Positions 19,201 through 25,622 of a stretch of DNA of 25,622 bases are shown here, in pieces. Both the position numbers and the translations under genes were made by a program. Below the pieces are notes generated by a model. The model was not told the origin of the DNA and ran no database searches. It saw nothing but the letters and a program-made list of their open reading frames with translations. Source of the DNA: Chthonomonadales bacterium (lineage in GTDB: Bacteria > Armatimonadota > Chthonomonadetes > Chthonomonadales > CAJBBX01); assembly GCA_037443035.1 (NCBI GenBank), contig JBBIPC010000032.1:1-25622 (forward strand), given 5' to 3'. Within the stretch, counting starts at the first letter, position 1. Every line of letters starts with the position of its first letter.

Positions 19201-19532
19201 CAGGGCATTCCCATGCGAGGTTTGGGAGGCATGCCGGGTCGTGGGTCGGTGATCCCCTGGGACTCCCAGCTTCCGGGCACCACGAGCACACGCCACCCCG
19301 ACACATCCCAGTCCGGCCTTTGCCAGCCCTGGCGCTCGCCGACATCCTCAGGGTCCGTCCGAAACAGCCATTTCCCCTCCAGATTGTCCATGTCTGCCGT
19401 CAAGACCGAGGACGGAGCGGATTGCTCTGCCGCAGGCTGGCGCTCGGTGCTCATTGTGAGGAAAGGCAGCATCAGGAGAGGGATGATGGATAGAAGCCGT
19501 TGCCGGCTTGGCAGCCTCGCGCGTCCGCTCAT
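16194..19532 (-). CDS. GH106-like (alpha-L-rhamnosidase-type) glycoside hydrolase with an N-terminal GH2-type sugar-binding domain and a C-terminal CBM11/CIA30-like domain
   Basis: LEGKWLFRTDP.DVG...GW, YDGVAWYRR.F and LHLG.VDDAD.TYVNG (GH2 N-domain). WLYDEKGYPSG, FTDEPS, YDFW.TV, GHLLLEE and VADIAVLYP are GH106-like. The C-terminus has LDWSAI.GIAIG, and there is an N-terminal hydrophobic segment. Confidence 0.75.
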   Translation of the reverse strand: MSGRARLPSRQRLLSIIPLLMLPFLTMSTERQPAAEQSAPSSVLTADMDNLEGKWLFRTDPEDVGERQGWQRPDWDVSGWRVLVVPGSWESQGITDPRPGMPPKPRMGMPWTDYDGVAWYRRRFVVPRSWAGKRLVLHLGSVDDADRTYVNGVLVGETPITRTQAVLVQRSYKISPGLVKPGEANTIAVRVTDGGGPGGMMGPNVYLVPEEMLTAPVRLADEKRPPEKLFMNPPARSRILKIIHNWPDRPEDQDALIRTLASQGFGGVVCNVSFDQYLRSEEHWRAFVRAVGEAKKAGMSLWLYDEKGYPSGTAGGLTMQGHPDWAARGMLISDAMTNGESVDFAVPPGRILLSAAYPVTNGVLDRQRAVPLTVENGHVHWLPPRPGRWHAMVITEDAIYEGTHAANSLGDKLPYINLLQPEPTARFLELTHDAYARRLGNDLGKCFVSTFTDEPSLMSLYLRPMPYRVLPWSQNLEAEFRRRRGYDLRDILPLLADGQGPAAEKARYDFWRTVSELVSGNFFGQIQQWCSRHHILSGGHLLLEEGLTMHVPLYGDFFRCVRRLDAPSIDCLTSIPSEVPWHIARMIGSVADLEGRTVTMCETSDHVQVWRSEGDTRPIRVVTEGEIRGTCNRLMLGGINTITSYYRFLDLSGAQLRRLNEYVGRCCTMLAGGHQVADIAVLYPVESAWVRFRPSRHMVSEAGAALKVETAFRSASETLFRAQRDFTYVDSKAIVDSTVSKGYLVHGNLRWRVVILPRTDTLPLAAWQKLDAFVRSGGVLIALAALPANSEKDYPSAAVRKVAERVFGRGDGMRQHRSATGGVGVYLPEGTEHMLPYVLRNLLEPDVSVAESAAPLRVTHRRVHGREVYFLINDSDKMWQGLVKVAAMGAGQKWDPLTGRRSVVADSSRVPVALQPYAGVFLTFARVRERQLRKPSADLASQLSFRRLEPTRVSHGAGQFVEGSVHEEHGEPVGGSSQWRVAGRVRKSNVDCHLFLMLQYEPALDLSREAFLRFTVIIPDGQPAAPQLLVIVTDRRGVQYWAETGISLGAPGKSNIVLPLSNFAHAPFSAGPAGPLDWSAITGIAIGWGGYFGNEGERIEFTSIVPAAGKMK

Positions 19533-20539
19533 TGGTTGTCCAGTACCTCCATCATGGCCTCGATGTTCTCCGGTCGTGCGTCTCCAGGAATGGCATGGGC
19601 CGGAGCCGCGATGAGACCTCCATCCTTGCCGACCACATCCACAAGTCGGCGGACATGGTCTTTCACCTCCTGGGTTGTGCCGTATGGTAGGATTCTTTGC
19701 GTGCTGATGCCACCGTAGAAGGTCAAGTCGCGCCCGTACTTGCGTTTGGCTTCCTCGACGTCAATCACTTCTGGCTGGAAGGGATTGAATACATCCAACC
19801 CGCACTCTATCAAGTCCGGGAAGAGCTCGTCAACCTTGCCGCAGCTATGGATGAAGACGCGCTTGCCATGCCCTTTCACTTCTGCGTACATCTGAGCCAC
19901 ACGAGGCCTGATGAACTCCCTCCAGAGTGCCGCGCCCATCTGGAGGCCCGTCTGCTGGCCCCAATCGTCGCCAAACAGCATGGCGTCAATGTCGAAGCTG
20001 CAGGCGCGCTCGATGACACCTAAGTTCACCTCCAGGATGCGGTCGAGGAGTGTATGGACGAACGGCTTGTCCACCACCATTGCCATCATGACCTCTTCCA
20101 TGCCAGCCAGTGTCCAGGCGCGCTCGTACAGGCTGAAGCCGATGTTGGCGACGATGAACTGGTCCTGGGAGCGCCGTATTACATCCGAGAATGCCGCGTA
20201 CCGGGATGGATCCGCCGGATCGGGCACCGGAAACACGTGCACGTTGGCTGGTGTGACGACCCTGTTGCAGACCACACCGATGTCGGGATCCACGTGCCTG
20301 TCCCACTCGACTCCCCACTCATCACGCCATACCTGCGGCCTCACTTCCTGCCAGGCGTCGAGTGGCTGCGTGCTCAACACGGTGAGGCAGTTGTTCAGCC
20401 TATCAGCGAAGCGCTCGTCGCCGCAGTAGGCCGCGTACTTCGCGTAAGCAGGTTGCGTGAATCCGATGTTGTAGGGGATGCGGTCCGGCTGGCGATGCTC
20501 GATAGAGCTGATCACCCGTTCCCTGTTCGTCATGGTCAC
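19529..20539 (-). CDS. Uroporphyrinogen decarboxylase/MtaA-CmuA (URO-D/CIMS-like) family protein of unknown substrate
   Basis: MT.RERV...IEHRQPDRIP, DEWGV.W, LYERAW.L.GME, GDDWG.Q, HSCG, NPFQPE, FYGGISTQ and PAHAI..D...EN. Start is GTG 20539 or ATG 20533. Confidence 0.88.
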   Translation of the reverse strand: MTMTNRERVISSIEHRQPDRIPYNIGFTQPAYAKYAAYCGDERFADRLNNCLTVLSTQPLDAWQEVRPQVWRDEWGVEWDRHVDPDIGVVCNRVVTPANVHVFPVPDPADPSRYAAFSDVIRRSQDQFIVANIGFSLYERAWTLAGMEEVMMAMVVDKPFVHTLLDRILEVNLGVIERACSFDIDAMLFGDDWGQQTGLQMGAALWREFIRPRVAQMYAEVKGHGKRVFIHSCGKVDELFPDLIECGLDVFNPFQPEVIDVEEAKRKYGRDLTFYGGISTQRILPYGTTQEVKDHVRRLVDVVGKDGGLIAAPAHAIPGDARPENIEAMMEVLDNQ

Positions 20540-20561
20540 TTCTCACTTTCCAAAGGGCCTG

Positions 20562-22517
20562 TCAGTTCAGCCACCCGAGACGCCCATTGATGGAGATGGT
20601 GTAAGTCACGATCTGTGTCGGTAGGGAATACGCGGTCCAGAGGAGCTCCGCAGCGAACTCACCGAGGATGACACCGATGGCCACGAGCCTCAGTTTCTCG
20701 TAGCCTCTCAGCCCGTAGTAGCGCTGGACAACAAGCTTGAGGATGAGTACGATGCTCAGGCCGAACCAGCAGTAATCAATACCGTAATTCATGGAGAGCG
20801 CGTATCCCACTGGGTGCAAAGGAAAGCCCGGGACCTGAAATCGTATCGTGTCCAACAGCAGCACGATGGCGAATCCTGTCATCATGGCAAGCGGCGCAGC
20901 GGGTCCGCCTGCTTGGGGTTGCTCCACGATGGTTCGTACAGCCGAGCCTGGTTCACCCCATGCGGGCGTCGCTCCGTGCACATACCCGCGCAGTGCATAA
21001 GCCCCCTGCCCGACCGCCGTTCCCATGAGGAACGCGGCGGCTACCGTCCAGAAGACCCATCGAGCCGACATCCCGGCCGACTGCCCGAGCTTGAAAGCCT
21101 CCAGTTGGTACGGCATGGGATGCGTTCGGTGGATTCGGTTGGTAACGAAAAAAAGATGGTACAGCTTCACCGTCGCCGACTCTGGCAGCGCTTTGAAGCC
21201 AAAGAGACCAAGCACGACCTGATGAGGTCCCATGAACGCCATTTCGTGGATGGGAGGTCCCACCTGGGCGCGCATGCGCGTGAGCACAACGCTGAACACG
21301 AGAAACAGACCGATGTAGCCGAGCACGACGATGGGGCTCAGGCCAACCATGCGTCCCAGAAAAGCCAGCCCGCCGAGACACGCGAACAGCCCGATGAGAC
21401 TCCAGCGCGGACGCACTTCGTCTGGCTCGAAGCCTGTGTTGCGAACGACGTGCCGACCGAGCTCTCGCAAGTAGCTCTTGGAGGAGATGATCGCCCCAAT
21501 GAACAACGCGAACACCGCTCCCCACGTCTGCTCGCTGAAGTAGGGCGCCGCCGGCACAAGCCAGCTTCCTCCGAACACCCCTTGCTCGTAACCGTACAGC
21601 TCCATGCCGAACTGCAGTGCCTTGCGCGCAAAGAAGAAGAATACACACGAGAACAGTAGGTCCGTTGGCATGAACAGACCGATGGCGGACATATACGGGA
21701 AAATCCCCACAGACGTCCAGCCCAGCGATACGTAAGGAGGGTTGTTCAGACTCGGTATGAGATCCACGAGACGACCGGCTAGGAAACGAACGTTGACCCT
21801 AGGCAAGGAAGGATAGAGAAACGCGAAACCATTCAGCATATCTATGGCGAAGATGACCGCGAAGCCACCCCACAGATAGCCGCTGCGCCAAGCTGGTGAC
21901 TCGGGCTTTGTCAGAAGGAGAGGGACCTGAAGGATGGGGAACGAGAGTTTCTCTTGTCGCGTCCACTGCTCGCGCATGAGGGCGTTGATGCACAGCATGG
22001 CGCCGCACATGAGCCCGAAGAGAACGGTCCATGCAGCGATGGGTCGCGCCCATACTCCGAGCCGCGTCAGAAAATAGAGCAGTCCATAGCCTCCGCGGCG
22101 GTAGTCCTCCAGGGCCGTCGCGTCCTTGAAGTAGAACCATTCGGGCAAGTGGGGGTTGATGTGCTCCTTCGCCCACGGGTTCTGGTCCCCGAACAGCGCG
22201 TAGTGTGGGATGTACATGGAGTTGACGAAAAGCCATTCCGCGCACATGGCATTGGCAACGGACAGAAAGATGTAGACAATCGATAGTTCGCTGCCAGACA
22301 GGGCATGGCGCGGGGACCAGTGCCTGACGAGCACATTGACCGCCGCCACAAGCATCAGACCGCAGACGGGGGGCACGAGGAGCGAGAAGATGATGTCACT
22401 GGTGATCTCCACCGACCAGTAGGCCGCGAACGGTAGAAGGACAAGTGCGATCAGCAGCGCTCTCCAAGGACCTCGCGTCCGTGGAGGCTTGGGTGAAAGG
22501 GGCTGGGTCGGTGGCAT
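20562..22517 (-). CDS. DUF6785/DUF6784-type polytopic membrane protein (putative transporter)
   Basis: About 16 hydrophobic helices with motifs LS..EL.IVY, QW...EKLSFPI, R.RAQ.G.P, FPLHPVGY and GVILGE that I associate with this family. Confidence 0.7.
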   Translation of the reverse strand: MPPTQPLSPKPPRTRGPWRALLIALVLLPFAAYWSVEITSDIIFSLLVPPVCGLMLVAAVNVLVRHWSPRHALSGSELSIVYIFLSVANAMCAEWLFVNSMYIPHYALFGDQNPWAKEHINPHLPEWFYFKDATALEDYRRGGYGLLYFLTRLGVWARPIAAWTVLFGLMCGAMLCINALMREQWTRQEKLSFPILQVPLLLTKPESPAWRSGYLWGGFAVIFAIDMLNGFAFLYPSLPRVNVRFLAGRLVDLIPSLNNPPYVSLGWTSVGIFPYMSAIGLFMPTDLLFSCVFFFFARKALQFGMELYGYEQGVFGGSWLVPAAPYFSEQTWGAVFALFIGAIISSKSYLRELGRHVVRNTGFEPDEVRPRWSLIGLFACLGGLAFLGRMVGLSPIVVLGYIGLFLVFSVVLTRMRAQVGPPIHEMAFMGPHQVVLGLFGFKALPESATVKLYHLFFVTNRIHRTHPMPYQLEAFKLGQSAGMSARWVFWTVAAAFLMGTAVGQGAYALRGYVHGATPAWGEPGSAVRTIVEQPQAGGPAAPLAMMTGFAIVLLLDTIRFQVPGFPLHPVGYALSMNYGIDYCWFGLSIVLILKLVVQRYYGLRGYEKLRLVAIGVILGEFAAELLWTAYSLPTQIVTYTISINGRLGWLN

Positions 22518-22656
22518 GTTCTTGCTTTCTCCAGAAGCCCAGTCCCTTCCTTCTGCACGATACCGTGCTGCCTAACGTGGAGATAGATCCCCAGGAAGGA
22601 AGGAGCGCTCATGGGCCGAATCTCATGTAGCGACGACATCCTCACGGGAGGACTGG

Positions 22657-25308
22657 ATGCAACTCGGTGTCGTGCTTGCGGCCATTGTGGCCGCTGGTCA
22701 GGGAGGCAGCTCGAGAATGAAAGTGCTGGAAGCGAACCGCGCTGTTGTGTCGGCAACGCTCAGTGGTGCCGAGGTCGTGATTCGCATGGAAGATCGGCGC
22801 AGTGGCCACGTTTGGGCAGATGGACCCTATGCCTACGCGATCACGGTCAGCCATGCCGAAGGCCAAAGGGATCATCGAGGGCTGGCGAATCCGCGGGTGC
22901 GTGTTGGGCAGGGTTCGCTGACTGTCTCGGGGACGATCACCGATACAACCCTGTCCGTCATCCATCGCCTGACGCTGGATACGAGCGGCGTGCTCCAGGA
23001 GCGGATCACTCTGCGCAACGATGGCAAGGAGCCGGTGGAGCTGACTAATGTGGGCATGGGCTTCCGTAAGCTGTTCGCGGCGGACACGCAGGCGCGACGA
23101 CTGGTAGCAGTGCCTTTCCGACGCCAGGTGGACGGCAAGCTCCACGACTACGGCACAGAGGATCTCCTGTCCGGCCGGTTCTCCAACTCGGATTGGGCGA
23201 ATGATGCCACGGTCGCCAATCAGCAATGCGTGGATGCTGGTAGGCTCCGCTCCGAAGCGTGGGCATGGACGGACGGCGAAGCCGGGGTGCTGATCGCCAA
23301 GTACAACGACGACTCGATCGAGAACTCTGTGGCGGCGGTGGAGACCGTCGCGGAGGACACGGCGCTGCGCTTCGGGGGTGCGGGGCTGTCCCTCTACCGC
23401 GAGCCCCGGGGAGCAACGTACTTGGGCCCTGGCAAGGCCTTCACATTCGGCACCACCTACTACTTCCTGTTCGACGGTAGCTGGCCGCAAGCGTACGAGC
23501 TGTACCGCACCTTTCTCGAAGACAAAGGACACGGCATCCCGAAGGACTACGCTCCGCCCCTCAACTGGAACGAGCTGTTCGACGTCGGATGGTATCACTC
23601 CAATCGTGAAGAGTTGTTCAAGTACTACACGCGAGACGCGCTGCTGAAGGAAGCTGCCAAAGCCGCGGAGATCGGATGCGACCTCCTGTATCTAGACCCG
23701 GGGTGGGAGGTATGCGAAGGCACAACGCAATGGGACACCGAGCGGCTTGGCACCGTGCGGGACTTGGCCCGTGAACTGCGTGAAAAGTACGGCCTGCGGC
23801 TCGGTTATCGCACCATCGGGCGCGTCTATCGGGATGAGTTTCCGAACGCCTGGTACATTCGACGCCAGGGAGAGTCCGGTCCCTATTCCATGCCTCGGCT
23901 GAGGCAACAACCCACGCCCGAACCGGTTCCCCTCCGCAAGGCGGACGGCCGCCGCAACCTTGCCTTGCTGCCCGGCGTCAAGGTTTCCGTTTCGTCTACC
24001 ATACCCGGATATGACAAACTGCACCGGCCGGAGCATCTGAACGACGGCTGGTACAACAACCCGGCAAGCTGGATCTCCGCAGAGGATCCGTCGTGGGTCG
24101 AGCTCGACCTTGGCGCGGAATACCGAATCGACGAGATCGCCCTGGGCAGCGAGCATACTGCGCACTTCAGGGATCGCTCGCTGCGCCGGTTCTCTTTGTG
24201 GCTGCGCCCCGCAAGTGGCGACTGGCAGACCGTGTTGACGCATTGGGGTCCGACTGTTCACGAAACGACCGCGTTCCGATTCCAGCCGACGATTGCGCGG
24301 TTTATCCGCGTTCTCATCCACGAAGCAGGGCCCACCAGCGCTCGGATAGACGAGCTGGAAGTCTACGAAGCGGAGCCTGGCACCGGTCCAGAGCCCGCCC
24401 GCCGTCCCATGCCGGATGTCGTGGAAGGGTCTCCTATCGGTTTCTGGGAGGTCTGTACTCAGAACAAAGCATGGCAGGCGGAGAAACTGAAGCGGATCCT
24501 GGCCATCACGGGACAGGGCGTGGACTTCATGATGTTCGATGAGTTCGACTGGCGTGGCCCCTGCTACGATCCGTCGCATGGTCATCCGGTTCCATCCACA
24601 CCGGAAGGCCACGTCCGAGCCGTTTACGGTCTCGTGGAAGGCATGCGCCGACGTTATCCGCATGTCCTCGTGGAAGCCCACGACCCGGTGTGGCCTTGGT
24701 CCATGCGGTATCTCCCGACGTACTTCCGCCAGGGATTCGGGAAATCGCGGTACCAGGAGAACTGGGGCTTCGAATTCATGTGGAACCCCATCGAAGACCT
24801 ACTATCGGGCCGCGCGCTCTGTCTCTACTATTACAACCTGGGCTGCCCGGTACCGCTCTACGATCATATCACCATGGAAGCCGACAACGACGCCTGTCTC
24901 TCGTTCTGGTGGTATGCCTCGACGGTGCGGCATTTGGGCATCGGAGGCAAGAAGGGCCTGAACAGCCCTGCCGAGAACGAGGTTCGTTGGCAAGCCTACA
25001 AGAAGGCCGTCGCCGAGTACAACCGGCTGAGGGCCTACTACGCGCGCGGGAGGTTTGTTGGGCTCGAAGAGACCGTTCACGTCCACGTTCATCCCGATGG
25101 AAAGTCCGCGGTGGTGAATGTCTTCAACCTTACGCGCGACGCTGCGCGTAAGACAGTTCGGTTCCCAGCCGATCTCTTGGGAGCCAGGAACGCCGCACAG
25201 CTGGCCTGCGAAGGAACCACAAGCCAGGCCGATGGAAAGGACCTTGTGCTCACCTTCGATCTCCCGCCGCTTTCACCTGCTCATGCCGTCGTAAGGCTCG
25301 AGCAGTAA
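22657..25308 (+). CDS. Divergent clan GH-D (GH36-like) glycoside hydrolase with an inserted F5/8 type C (discoidin/CBM32) domain
   Basis: N-terminal beta-supersandwich-like region, PPLNWN, AAEIGCDLLYLDPGW (cf. GH36 lDDGW), G.RLG, GVDFMMFD and YP.VLVE. The insert has NLAL....SVSS, HLNDG, WVELDLG and ARFIRV....IDELEVY. GGAGG RBS. Confidence 0.7.
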   Translation: MQLGVVLAAIVAAGQGGSSRMKVLEANRAVVSATLSGAEVVIRMEDRRSGHVWADGPYAYAITVSHAEGQRDHRGLANPRVRVGQGSLTVSGTITDTTLSVIHRLTLDTSGVLQERITLRNDGKEPVELTNVGMGFRKLFAADTQARRLVAVPFRRQVDGKLHDYGTEDLLSGRFSNSDWANDATVANQQCVDAGRLRSEAWAWTDGEAGVLIAKYNDDSIENSVAAVETVAEDTALRFGGAGLSLYREPRGATYLGPGKAFTFGTTYYFLFDGSWPQAYELYRTFLEDKGHGIPKDYAPPLNWNELFDVGWYHSNREELFKYYTRDALLKEAAKAAEIGCDLLYLDPGWEVCEGTTQWDTERLGTVRDLARELREKYGLRLGYRTIGRVYRDEFPNAWYIRRQGESGPYSMPRLRQQPTPEPVPLRKADGRRNLALLPGVKVSVSSTIPGYDKLHRPEHLNDGWYNNPASWISAEDPSWVELDLGAEYRIDEIALGSEHTAHFRDRSLRRFSLWLRPASGDWQTVLTHWGPTVHETTAFRFQPTIARFIRVLIHEAGPTSARIDELEVYEAEPGTGPEPARRPMPDVVEGSPIGFWEVCTQNKAWQAEKLKRILAITGQGVDFMMFDEFDWRGPCYDPSHGHPVPSTPEGHVRAVYGLVEGMRRRYPHVLVEAHDPVWPWSMRYLPTYFRQGFGKSRYQENWGFEFMWNPIEDLLSGRALCLYYYNLGCPVPLYDHITMEADNDACLSFWWYASTVRHLGIGGKKGLNSPAENEVRWQAYKKAVAEYNRLRAYYARGRFVGLEETVHVHVHPDGKSAVVNVFNLTRDAARKTVRFPADLLGARNAAQLACEGTTSQADGKDLVLTFDLPPLSPAHAVVRLEQ

Positions 25309-25592
25309 GGAGACGGAAGGGAACTGGCGCGAACCTGTCCCTGTAGGGATGGGAGCGATTGGCGCTACGTGGCCGTTGTGGCACGTCTAGACAACTTGTG
25401 ACTGGAGGTATGGGAGAGACCGCCAGAGGCCTAGTGCAGCGAGTGCTGGGGATACCGACGCCCCCGTATTCCGCTAGGATGTCCCCGTCCGAAGGCCAAC
25501 ACAACCGTTCCGAGGTGCACCTGCCATCTCGATCTCCCTCCCCGGGGCGCAAGGGGTGCCTCTTGCCTCTCAGCGGTCGCCTCCTACCCCTT

Positions 25593-25622
25593 CCCCCTCA
25601 CCGTGGCCCTATCCCCGCAAGC
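25593..25622 (+). repeat. Partial REP-like element (CCCCTCACC..nCCCTnTCCCCGCAAGC type), truncated by the window end
   Basis: CCCCCTCACCGTGGCCCTATCCCCGCAAGC resembles the widespread GC-rich intergenic palindrome CCCCTCACCCnnnCCCTCTCCCCGCAAGCGGGGAGAGGG. The second arm would fall outside the window. Confidence 0.5.

Noticed and set aside
22591..22610. CAGGAAGGAAGGAGC resembling the SRP RNA core
   Set aside because: It lacks the CAGG-stem-GNRA-stem-AGCAG arrangement and the long enclosing helix.
25410..25622. Open frame from ATG 25410 to the window end
   Set aside because: GGAGGT abuts the ATG with no spacing, and the Pro/Ser-rich translation runs through repeat-like DNA.
1..25622. CRISPR arrays, tRNA/rRNA, IS elements, stop-codon recoding or frameshifted genes
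   Set aside because: I found no regularly spaced repeats, cloverleafs or transposase motifs by eye, and all main ORFs look full length with standard stops.

Overview
A GC-rich, densely coding bacterial window with 15 supportable CDSs and no rRNA, tRNA, CRISPR array, transposase, integrase or phage gene that I can recognise. Carbohydrate catabolism dominates: a GH4 alpha-galactosidase, xylulokinase, a GH106-like multidomain hydrolase, a divergent clan GH-D (GH36-like) enzyme with an inserted discoidin domain, a ~1300-aa secreted multidomain putative glycan-active enzyme and a secreted alpha/beta-hydrolase. These are mixed with envelope and housekeeping genes (GT-C-like glycosyltransferase, PrsA-like foldase, class V aminotransferase, Lon N-domain protein, flavin reductase, DEDDh exonuclease, orphan nucleotidyltransferase). 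The family mix (DUF6785-type membrane protein, URO-D-like protein, many CBM-bearing hypotheticals) suggests an Armatimonadota- or PVC-like organism; this is inference only. The best candidate for an undescribed system is the locus at 16194-25308: an operon of DUF6785-like polytopic membrane protein, URO-D-like enzyme and GH106-like hydrolase, divergent from the GH36-like enzyme. It may be a glycan-utilisation module with a non-canonical transporter. All family calls come from motif recognition by eye, not database searches.
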